Shown: piece by piece, positions 1 to 10,000 of the stretch
How the letters are laid out: every line of letters begins with the position of its first letter
How positions within the stretch are numbered: the first letter of the stretch is position 1
Source of the DNA: a virus
Taxonomy: Duplodnaviria; Caudoviricetes
IMG/VR virus record: IMGVR_UViG_3300033463_000042
Coordinates: 50,309-114,308 of that record
DNA length: 64,000 bases
Direction: 5' to 3' (one strand)
Made by a program: the position numbers and the translations under genes
Notes under the pieces: model-generated
Told to the model about the DNA's origin: nothing
The model's input: only the letters and a program-made list of their open reading frames with translations
The model's database searches: none

Positions 1-302
1 ACATGGACAACAACATTTATGTTTCACATCTTATTCAACAGATGGAAGCTCATGATAATGTTGCATGGATGAAGTTCAAAGGATGGTATACAAATCAGAA
101 GGGTAAATCGTATTCTAACTACAAGGATGCTAATACCCAGGCAATCGAGCTTAAGTGGAATCAGCTTGAAGATATGGATAAGTATGTATTACTTCCAGAT
201 GATCCTGACAATCCGCTTAACTACAAATACTCTCGTCTCGAGAATTATACACCAGAAATGTTTATCCTTGAGGATGACAATATCAAAATCAATATTGTAT
301 AA
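1..302 (+). CDS. 3' end of a gene truncated by the window edge; hypothetical, possibly virion/baseplate protein
   Basis: Open frame from the window start to TAA at 302, followed by a bidirectional terminator; function is a guess from context only. Confidence 0.5.
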   Translation, partial: MDNNIYVSHLIQQMEAHDNVAWMKFKGWYTNQKGKSYSNYKDANTQAIELKWNQLEDMDKYVLLPDDPDNPLNYKYSRLENYTPEMFILEDDNIKINIV

Positions 303-303
303 A

Positions 304-330
304 TATATGGGGGCATTATGCCCCCATATA
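304..330. terminator. Bidirectional intrinsic terminator
   Basis: tatatgggggca-tta-tgcccccatata perfect stem between convergent genes. Confidence 0.85.
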
Positions 331-336
331 ATTTTA

Positions 337-3300
337 TTATTCTCCTACAGGCATATCTGATGGATCCCAAATATCAGCATTATTAATCAATTTGAATGTG
401 AAATTCTGGATTCCATAAATACGCTTTGGATTGTTGTATGACTGAATGGTATATGTCGTACCAGTCATCTTATGTGGTAACAGTCGCTTTGGATCGACGA
501 ATCTGTGATAGTTTCTGGTATACATATAATATTTCCATCCACCAACATTGGATTGGCTATACGTATTGTCATATTCAGAAATAAGTATACGTCCTTTATA
601 CATTCCAAAATATCTCCATCTATTGTCATAGCTATAACTTGATGCACGATTAATAAGTGCAGGGATTGATGTTGGATTTGAATTTATTCTACCCGGACCT
701 GAACGCATATCACGAATAAGATTTGCGTCAAATACCCATGTTTTGTACTGATAAAAATACGTGTTATTACCATCATACCATGAATAATCATTTATATGAC
801 ATACCAGGAGTCTATGTTTTCCATCGGGTGTTTTAAATACATCAAATGCAGATATATCATCAACGAGTAATGAACGGTTGAATTTTCCGGTTATTCCAAC
901 ATTATTGAATCCAAATGGTTCAAGAGGACGCTCACGGCTAATACTGTACATCAATACATTAGTATCATCATTGACATTATTTCTTCCGAAGAATATGGCT
1001 TCTTCATCACCTTGAAGTGTGCCCATATGCATTCTATGCCAACAATGTCTATTCCAGTTCCAATGATGAACACCTGGAACGAAACATCTACATACTTCAG
1101 AACTCCATTCAGGATCAATTATTCTATTACCTGCTGAACGCGTTCCATCATATATACGGCATTTCCATACGGTGTTGCTGTCCCATGATGAGTCATTTGC
1201 ACGACCAAACATATAGAAATAATCATACCATCCAGCACCCCAAACGAAAGTTCCACCCCATGCAGTTCTTTCAATTGTAAACGTATCAACAATCGTATTT
1301 GTTGACAGATCTATTATCATCCATCCGATTAATACATCGGTATCCTGACGAGGATCTCTACATACAACATTATTAGTATATTTCATTGCATAGCAGGTCG
1401 ACACAGGAACCTCTTCATCGGTATCAGGATACTTCAGAATGAATTTATATGGTTCGTAGTTCGAAGCAGCGTCACCTATTATGTTAACAATATGGACCCT
1501 GGTATCATTTGAATTACCAAATACAACATAACCTGTTTCAGTTGATGAGATAGGTATACATCCACCACTGTCATATGTATATGTATTAAGGAATGTATCA
1601 CCCATATTGATCACGTATTCATCTGGAGCAACCTTAGAAGGATCCTGAGCAACCTCTGTGGCAGAATGAATTTCAAATACAGAAACTTTCCGCAAACATA
1701 CTGATGGATATGCATTGATGGCATTTGATTGGAATATCTGTAAAATACGATGACCTGATGGTTCTTTGAAACGTAATGTTCCATATGGTGAACACATACC
1801 ACCAACAGGTTCAGACGTTTGAATGAGCCATGACTGTCCAGGAGAAGATAGATCTGAATCATCGGGATAATACAGATGATATCTCATCCATATATAACCC
1901 ATATTATCATCTGATAAAATTCGTGTATGTCCATATCCATAGTTGGAACATACATATGGGTATCCATTATACTCCGCATATCCATTTCTACCATTATTGA
2001 AAGTATCTATACTATCAACACGGATAGTTTCTTCGGATACAAGTGTTGGCTTTGTATAACCAGTTCTTGTTACGTCAACTGGTCTTGTATTTGTATTAGG
2101 TCCACCATTACCAGTTATTTCTCCACCAAATCCCATAAAGTACCTCTTGGCACCTTGAGACGCTGGAATATTATTTGGATCTTCAACACGTTCCCATGAA
2201 TATGGGTTCCAATACTGATCAGAACACCATATATTCGTGGATGAAATACTTGTTGTAGAGATTTTAGATATAGGAAAGCTTGTGTACATGTTTGGATATA
2301 CACGAACAAACTGTCTACCCCATCTAACAACATTGGTGTCAAGATACTGACAGTTCATATACATTCCACAGATAGGATATAACTGATTCATTGTCAGATT
2401 TGTTGTGTTTGTACCATTAAGAACAACTTCGTCAACATCCCATTCTTTTGTTAAACCATTATAAGATTTAACCGATGAAACGTTCATATTTGTTACCGGC
2501 AATAAACCGCGCGTGTCATATGCAGCATTTTGGTAATGGCCAAAGTTTGCAGAAAGATCGTCATTGTTTATTGTACCAGTGTAAGCATAGTTGGTCACAA
2601 TCTCTTCAGGTTCTGGCAACCTCATTTCCTTTATGACTCCTATCTGTGGAGCATATCTGCAATCAGATGAAGAAGGCGTACCATATGAGTTAAATCCTGT
2701 CATATAGAGAAGATCGTAAAAATAACCTTTATTCTCTATCAGTGAATTTGTACCGGAATGACTCCATGAACGAGTACCTATCTGGGTTTCAGAATCTGAA
2801 CTATCAACATCACCGATGTACGCATACGTACTACAAATTGAACCAGAGCGATATGAACTATTGCTTTCATAGTTCCGGTAATTAGTATCACGGTTCCAAC
2901 GAGGTGATGATATGATTCCGTGTGTGAAATAGTTAATATTACCATTATAATGGGAATTCCAGTTGTATGCAGAACCTTGATATCCAAATGCATAATATGC
3001 CCAAGGATTGTACACAAATCCAACACCCTGATTCCAAAGTTTGTCTTCAATGTAACCAGGTTTGTGATAGACTGTTATGTATGCATCAATGGTCAACTTT
3101 TCATTTACATGTTTAACGAAAGACGTGTATTGTCCTTCGCTGTCCATTACATATGCATGTGTCGCAAGTTCTGTATTGCTATTATATGACGAAAGACCTA
3201 CTTCGGTTACGGTTAAATCCGAACTAATACCAGATAAAACATAATCAAAATAACCAGTATAGACCCAAGACTGCCCTCTGAGCAGACCTGTATCTTGGTC

Positions 3301-3690
3301 ATAATAAAGCGTACCTCCCTCAATACGTGTCTGATCAGTAGAAGTGCCCGTTGCTGATGCAGTATATGTTTGATGGAACATCGATGAACGTGTGGTTGGG
3401 AAATCACCATATTCATCATGAGTACCATCACCAATGTAAAGATATCTTATGTAATAATCACTGTATGGTCTACCGCTACTTGGACCAAAGTAAGATCTAA
3501 AGTAACGCCATGTTGTTACATTCAAAGCAAAAGCTTCACCGGTAATATTTCCATCACGATCTTCGGTACGCAGTAAATATATACTATGACCATTCAGGAG
3601 ATCAGTATTGCCATGCTTTTCTTTCCAGTTATCAACAAAGGCATTTATCTTTGCCAATTTTTCGGCATGTTCTTTACTTAAATTATTCAT
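337..3690 (-). CDS. Tail fibre/receptor-binding-like virion protein (1117 aa), paralog of 4246-7035
   Basis: Shares N-terminal blocks (EDRDGN, YDY..S..D..VTE.G, TH) and C-terminal block (K.TG.T.TI..N..KRI.G) with the 4246-7035 protein; aromatic/Asn-rich beta-propeller-like middle; RBS AAGGAGGG. Confidence 0.65.
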   Translation of the reverse strand: MNNLSKEHAEKLAKINAFVDNWKEKHGNTDLLNGHSIYLLRTEDRDGNITGEAFALNVTTWRYFRSYFGPSSGRPYSDYYIRYLYIGDGTHDEYGDFPTTRSSMFHQTYTASATGTSTDQTRIEGGTLYYDQDTGLLRGQSWVYTGYFDYVLSGISSDLTVTEVGLSSYNSNTELATHAYVMDSEGQYTSFVKHVNEKLTIDAYITVYHKPGYIEDKLWNQGVGFVYNPWAYYAFGYQGSAYNWNSHYNGNINYFTHGIISSPRWNRDTNYRNYESNSSYRSGSICSTYAYIGDVDSSDSETQIGTRSWSHSGTNSLIENKGYFYDLLYMTGFNSYGTPSSSDCRYAPQIGVIKEMRLPEPEEIVTNYAYTGTINNDDLSANFGHYQNAAYDTRGLLPVTNMNVSSVKSYNGLTKEWDVDEVVLNGTNTTNLTMNQLYPICGMYMNCQYLDTNVVRWGRQFVRVYPNMYTSFPISKISTTSISSTNIWCSDQYWNPYSWERVEDPNNIPASQGAKRYFMGFGGEITGNGGPNTNTRPVDVTRTGYTKPTLVSEETIRVDSIDTFNNGRNGYAEYNGYPYVCSNYGYGHTRILSDDNMGYIWMRYHLYYPDDSDLSSPGQSWLIQTSEPVGGMCSPYGTLRFKEPSGHRILQIFQSNAINAYPSVCLRKVSVFEIHSATEVAQDPSKVAPDEYVINMGDTFLNTYTYDSGGCIPISSTETGYVVFGNSNDTRVHIVNIIGDAASNYEPYKFILKYPDTDEEVPVSTCYAMKYTNNVVCRDPRQDTDVLIGWMIIDLSTNTIVDTFTIERTAWGGTFVWGAGWYDYFYMFGRANDSSWDSNTVWKCRIYDGTRSAGNRIIDPEWSSEVCRCFVPGVHHWNWNRHCWHRMHMGTLQGDEEAIFFGRNNVNDDTNVLMYSISRERPLEPFGFNNVGITGKFNRSLLVDDISAFDVFKTPDGKHRLLVCHINDYSWYDGNNTYFYQYKTWVFDANLIRDMRSGPGRINSNPTSIPALINRASSYSYDNRWRYFGMYKGRILISEYDNTYSQSNVGGWKYYMYTRNYHRFVDPKRLLPHKMTGTTYTIQSYNNPKRIYGIQNFTFKLINNADIWDPSDMPVGE

Positions 3691-3704
3691 TATATCCCTC
3701 CTTA

Positions 3705-4241
3705 TTATGACTCATTCGTTATGGTTGGATGAGTTGAGCTCAACAATACCATGCGTATTATAGGTTCTGGTTGTGAGCTCTTTTCATCAGTTTTCTTTTC
3801 TACAATATTGATCGACGGATCAATACTAACATCCAACAGATGATGTGATGTTTTTGCACTGATACTTTTGTATGTAGTTGTATAATAATCAACTCTGAAT
3901 GATGGATCAATATCAACATCATACAGATGATGAGATGCTTTAGCGTAAGCATTAGGAGCTTTAGCTGTTGAGTAATAATCTATTCTGAATGTTGGATCAA
4001 GTGAAACATCATACAGATGATGAGATGCTTTAGAATTTGAGGTTCTCTTTGTTTCGATATAATCCTCAATTAACGGATGAGCAGTGGTTAATGATAATAA
4101 ATGTATGATGGGATTTGTATATAACGGAGGTTTATATTCACCTGTAACGTACATGCCACGAATGGGTACAACTTTCGCTGTACCCTGATCGTCTCTGAAT
4201 CTATAATAGACTTCTTTAGCGTAAGATATAACATCACTCAT
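3705..4241 (-). CDS. Small fibre-associated protein with three SHHLxDVxxDP repeats (start MSDVIS, 178 aa)
   Basis: Three ~30-aa repeats; N-terminus homologous to the 53-aa ORF at 13536-13697; GGAG upstream of ATG 4241. Confidence 0.7.
   Translation of the reverse strand: MSDVISYAKEVYYRFRDDQGTAKVVPIRGMYVTGEYKPPLYTNPIIHLLSLTTAHPLIEDYIETKRTSNSKASHHLYDVSLDPTFRIDYYSTAKAPNAYAKASHHLYDVDIDPSFRVDYYTTTYKSISAKTSHHLLDVSIDPSINIVEKKTDEKSSQPEPIIRMVLLSSTHPTITNES
3828..4033. repeat. Intragenic tandem repeat, ~87-90 bp period, 3 copies
   Basis: aacatcatacagatgatgagatgctttag is identical at 3915-3943 and 4005-4033; degenerate copy from 3828. Confidence 0.9.
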
Positions 4242-4245
4242 GTCA

Positions 4246-7035
4246 TCATCCCCACTCCAGTATTTTACCATCACCATCAGTCAATGTTGGTGCTGGAGAT
4301 CCTGGTGGTTTACCGGATCCATTTATTTCATAGCCCCACAATGGCATGTTGGTATATCCAAGTGTAAATGCTTTACCAGATATACGTTTAGTATGATTAA
4401 ATGCCGTTATGGTTCTGGTTTCACCAGTCACTTTCAATTGCAGCATATTTGTTACTGGGAACAAATAGTATGTGTCATACATTACAGATTGACCATACAG
4501 ATATGCACCATTGAAACCATTTGAAGGTGTGTACCATCTATTGTAGTAAACCCATACCTCACCTGCCGCAATGTATCTACCAAGATCACATATATGAAGT
4601 TTGGTACCACGTGATCTTAATGGTGACATGTTATCATCACCAATCTGTATGTCGGCAATAAGTGTATGCCCATTGACATACCTCAGTTGACATATGCAGT
4701 GATTGATTGTTGAACCGAACAAGCTATCCGAGTTACCAAATGCGGACATGTTTCGTATCACGGTAGGATTGTCATGTACGATGTAATATACATCTGACAG
4801 AGTCACATTTGATGTACGTGTGTCATATATCATAGTCACATCATCAACATACTCGAAGTTTAAACGATATGAATTTACACGTGATGCAAAATTGATATTG
4901 TTACATAATTCAGGAGTTCTTGTTGATGACGACAAATCGATGTGATATGTGTCTGTACCATCATACATCCATAAATGTGAGTTGTTGCCAAACATTGCAT
5001 TTGGAATATTTGCTAATGGTGACTGAATAACAGCCGTATCAGCAGACAATGCCAAATCAAATATGTGAATATATGTTGGGTCACTGACTGGAATATATGC
5101 AACAAGATTCGTTCCATGAATACAACAAGAACTCTTCCACTGATACAATGTTGATGTTATAGTGCTTCCTCTGAGATTGAGGATAATAGCTTCATCTGTT
5201 GATAATGCTTGAACACAAACATATCCTGTTCCAGTATCAGTTCTATAGACGCCAGAATATGTATTGACTGTTGATGTGAACTCTAAAGTTCTAACGCCAT
5301 TAACAGCAGATGTATCTGGTTCGGGATCATTCAATGTTGATACATCTATCGCATGTATTTGGTTACTACCAATATTGCGGAATGACAATAACCATCTTCC
5401 ATACCCCATATGATACATTTCATATGCTGAGTTTGTTCCTTCACTGGTTGTGAATGTGTAAGATCTCAAACGATTGATTGCACATATTCTACCACCGATG
5501 ACCAAACAGTTTTGATCCGACATATCAAGATATGGTTTACATCCTTCATGAAGTGCATTAAATGCGGACTGCTGGTAGTTGTGATATCCGTTTGTTCCAC
5601 CGACCGATTCTAACAATTCAAATGTTTGAATTTGTCTTGTTGGAACAATACCAAGTGAATTAGAATCTGATATCCAGTAGCGTGCTGTTCTGGCAGCCAC
5701 GGGAAGATTGTCAAAGTCGGTAATGTTAATCCATGATGACTGATCCCAATACTTATCACAAGCATACATCTGGTTGTGTCCATGGTTGATACTTAAGATA
5801 GGATTATTTGTATACAGATTCTGATACAGATAACCTGTCTGAATTCTACCATTACTGAAGTAATAGATTGGCAAACAGTAATTCGTCTCCAATCCAGGAT
5901 TCGAATATTGAGCATTATTGTCATTTACAAATGGGCATGGATTATCCCACTGACCAGTATGACGATTGAATGTATATACAGAAACATTCATCATTGTTGT
6001 AAATGGTGGGTACACATTTTTGTTATATGTATCATCAGTAATGTTTTTACCTATCTTATCTACAAATCCTGTGGGCTTTGTAAAATCACCAGAAGTGAAA
6101 CCTGTAAGATTGAATGTCTCAGGAGTCATGTACTCTGGTGATATGATAATGAGACCACTAGCCTTAGAAACGAATCCGTCTATATAGGCAGAGTCGGAAC
6201 CTTTCTGACTCCATAATGTGAATCCAGGAACAACGGTAGTATTACGAATGATAGAGTCTATTCCTGCAGACTCATCTTCAGGATGAATTGTATCATCCTG
6301 AGTCTGAGTTCTACCAGATGTTCTATCATACAGAACATTTCCCTTTTTATATGTATACAGATTAGATTCGAACATACGTTGGAACATAACTGCATTTGTT
6401 GTTATCGCCATATGAATATCATTAGCCCAATTGCCCATGATAACATGTTCATACAATGACAGACACATATAAATGTATATTGTCAGTTTATAGTTTGACT
6501 TCTTTGTTATACTAGCTTTCTCGCCTCTATCATTATAAATGTGAGAATGTGTCCATAATGCATTGTATGCTGTGCCTATACCGTATTCGGTAACGAGTGT
6601 ATCAGTATCATAGTTTGAAATATTATAATCATAATACACAATACCGAATCTGGATATAAGTGTGATTATACCTGTATCAGATTCCTGTCCTCTAGAAAAC
6701 ATTATCGGATAAGCATAATCTTTACCTGTGTTGGAGTTGGTGGCTGCGAGGCCACCAAACAACGGTGTTTCTATGAATGCTGTCGTTTTATCAAAATTAG
6801 AAACACCACTTCCAACATATAACTTTACTGAATCACTGAGAGCGAAACTGTTTGTATTCTTAAATACAGCATTGAATCCATTATTAGTCAACAGATTCAT
6901 TCCATACTTAACATCTACAACATTTCCGTCTCTGTCAGATAATTCAAATAAATAAACACTGGAGGTACCAGTTCTTTTGTCTTTCATATTATTGACAAAA
7001 TTTTGGATTAGTTCAAATTGTTTGTCCTTATCCAT
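4246..7035 (-). CDS. Tail fibre/receptor-binding-like virion protein (start MDKDKQ), paralog of 337-3690
   Basis: Conserved N- and C-terminal blocks shared with 337-3690; start overlaps the stop of the upstream gene. Confidence 0.65.
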   Translation of the reverse strand: MDKDKQFELIQNFVNNMKDKRTGTSSVYLFELSDRDGNVVDVKYGMNLLTNNGFNAVFKNTNSFALSDSVKLYVGSGVSNFDKTTAFIETPLFGGLAATNSNTGKDYAYPIMFSRGQESDTGIITLISRFGIVYYDYNISNYDTDTLVTEYGIGTAYNALWTHSHIYNDRGEKASITKKSNYKLTIYIYMCLSLYEHVIMGNWANDIHMAITTNAVMFQRMFESNLYTYKKGNVLYDRTSGRTQTQDDTIHPEDESAGIDSIIRNTTVVPGFTLWSQKGSDSAYIDGFVSKASGLIIISPEYMTPETFNLTGFTSGDFTKPTGFVDKIGKNITDDTYNKNVYPPFTTMMNVSVYTFNRHTGQWDNPCPFVNDNNAQYSNPGLETNYCLPIYYFSNGRIQTGYLYQNLYTNNPILSINHGHNQMYACDKYWDQSSWINITDFDNLPVAARTARYWISDSNSLGIVPTRQIQTFELLESVGGTNGYHNYQQSAFNALHEGCKPYLDMSDQNCLVIGGRICAINRLRSYTFTTSEGTNSAYEMYHMGYGRWLLSFRNIGSNQIHAIDVSTLNDPEPDTSAVNGVRTLEFTSTVNTYSGVYRTDTGTGYVCVQALSTDEAIILNLRGSTITSTLYQWKSSCCIHGTNLVAYIPVSDPTYIHIFDLALSADTAVIQSPLANIPNAMFGNNSHLWMYDGTDTYHIDLSSSTRTPELCNNINFASRVNSYRLNFEYVDDVTMIYDTRTSNVTLSDVYYIVHDNPTVIRNMSAFGNSDSLFGSTINHCICQLRYVNGHTLIADIQIGDDNMSPLRSRGTKLHICDLGRYIAAGEVWVYYNRWYTPSNGFNGAYLYGQSVMYDTYYLFPVTNMLQLKVTGETRTITAFNHTKRISGKAFTLGYTNMPLWGYEINGSGKPPGSPAPTLTDGDGKILEWG

Positions 7036-10000
7036 TTTCTTCTTCTCCCTCCTCTTCATTATTTTCTTCCTTTATGAAATTAAATTTGTCGACCGTTTTA
7101 TATTCATGATCATGAATAAATGATTCCGATTCATATATACGATTTGTTTCATCAATCATAGTCAATTGTTTGTCAATATAGCCCCTATGGAAATCCATAC
7201 CAACGTCATCGATTGTTATGAATCTATCATCATATGTATATTCGGTTCTATGATTGTCGTTTGTTCTGACAAGCAATGTTGTACTCTTTTCACCAATCTT
7301 ATACTTAGCATATTTTGCGAAGTTAACTGTTAACAATTTAAGATGCTCGACAAAGAAGTATGTATCAAAGCTAGCAGGACGATAGTACTTGGAACCAGTA
7401 TTACCTAAACCGGAATTGGTGAATGGCATAAACATTGAAGCCCACTGCTGATTCTTAATATGGTAAATATATAGTGTTGACGACGAAGCCATCATAACGT
7501 ATAATATTCCCTTTGAATATGTAATTGTCTTCGGAGTTAATGATGTGAATGGTGTAAGAATGTCTTCAACGAGTGCTGGTTCACATTCCGGATTATCTTC
7601 ATACACGTATATATGTCCTATCTGTGCAACATAGAACTTTCCATCTGCATAACAAGCACATTTTATACCGGCCGGCATAACCATAGCACTGCTGGTAACT
7701 CTATTACGAGTAGCAACGCTCCATCTTCTCGGTCCAGTACAAGATGTACTACACCAGAATGTCAACATCGTATACTTACCAACGGTGAAATCATTACGGA
7801 AATCGCCATCATCAACATCCGCATATCGTGTCCAGTTCAATGATTTAGTATTGAACACTAAGAGTGAATTCTTACTGATCAATGCAATCTCATTATTACT
7901 CAACCATGCAGCTTCACCATATGCATTAACAGTGAAATTGTAATCTTGTGTTGGTGCATGATATGTTATCGATGCCGATGGATCCATTGGTATTCTCATA
8001 CAATAATGAGACCAGTTATTTGTATCTTGTTTCGATCTGAATAAGTACAGATAATTGTCATCAGCTAACAATGAACCACATACATTACCACCACCACTGC
8101 TATCAAATGTTGATACTGCAATATTGTCTCTAATAACAACAGTCTTGTTTTCAATGATATTGAATTTGGTTATTCTGATTATAGAATTATTCAACAATGA
8201 AGCAGTGAATATGTTACGTTTATATTCACATGATGTTGAACACTGAACAGCTGTAATTGCAGTTGTACCATCAGGCATGAAACCACCAATAGATACTTTA
8301 TATCTATTAGGGATTGTATTACCTGCACCAACATACAACAGATCCAAATCATCAATTGTCTTCTCTGGTTTAGTTGGGTAATAGTGTGAATCTGGTTTCT
8401 GACGTGTTTGGAATTGTACACAGTAAACCGTTGTATTCGATGTAGGTTCATCATTCATATCAAAATCCAGAGTACATATAACCCTACGATTTTCAGCAAT
8501 ACCCTTGATCGAATATTTAAATTCTATTGAACAATTGTCATCAATATCACAATCGTATGTTGCATCAAGAATTTCCGCACCGGTGTGTTCATGGAATGTA
8601 ACGGTTTGTTTTAATGGAATGACATATGCTGATATTGCCGAAGGTTGTATGCCATATTTATCATATACAAAGAATCTATATGAGTTTGTCAGACCATTGT
8701 CAGATTTGATACTTGACGGATATGATCCATATATTGCAAAGTTTTCGGGAGTTAATTCTATATCGATAGGATACCATTCGTCATTGTCAGTATCGTATGC
8801 TTTATAAGAATAACTATCTTGAGCAATTATTAAGATTGCTGAAATATCTTCAACATCGAAAGTTATCTTTGTCATACCACGCACAGGATTTCCTCCGGCG
8901 GTTAATACTGTATCGGTCAACCAGTATCTTTCATCAGGAATATATCCAGATGGTTTGTAAGATGTTTCTGTCAGAACGTAGCCTGAACCACCGCATCCAC
9001 CTTTGTCGTCATCACCGCTACCATCTACAATTGTACCATTGCCTCCGAACCAACCATTTCCACCGGATCCACCGTAACCGCTGTTTTGTGCGTTACCTAC
9101 GCCGTTATAGCCAAAGCCACCGCCTCCTGGCGATTGCGCTGGAGTACTGTTTTGAGTACCAGGACCATTGTTGGTTCCGTAGCCACCATTGATATACCAT
9201 GCACCGGAAGAACCTCCTCCGTTACCACCCCAGCCATCATTATCACCTTGACCACCTCCGCCACCGGCAACAATGAATCGGGCCAATAATGAGTCTGGTG
9301 TATATACATCCTTTTCAACAACTTCGCCGTATGTGAAAGGATCTCCTACTGGGGAAGTTAATATCTCTTGATCAACAAGGTCATATAGTCCTATAGTTTG
9401 TTCTTCAGCATCTGGCTTGGATTTGATTGGTACATACCAATGAACCAATTTATTATTTTCATAAATCTTGAATGAAAATAATTTACCATGAAATTTTCTA
9501 TCCCAGTTACCGTTATCATTATAACCGAACATATATGTCGGTTGTGCCAGTGTATATGAATAGTTACCTATAGAAATTGATCCAAGTTGCGTGCCATTCA
9601 TGTCATACCAAGCAAACAAACTTTGTGCGGTTGCAACAAGACGGAATTTGGTATTGAAAGGCATTGCATTACCAGTAGGCCAATCAGAACCTACACCATA
9701 GCATGTTCTATTTACGCCACCCTGTCTGTATAAAGGTATCATATTATTTGAACCATCACGAGCACCAAAGATGACAGCATCAACCTGAATATCAGGTACT
9801 TCGGATGGATCTTTGATATTAAGAATAACTTCGTATTTTGACGTAGATGCTTTGAAATAATATTTGAGATTGATATACTGAGTACCATTAGATTCAATAT
9901 AATCAATCTGGTCATATTCATCAGGAATTGTGTGTGGTGTGGGAGCTATACGTACATCGGTTGCTCCACCACCGGCGGTAGCACCCAATTGATATTGGTC

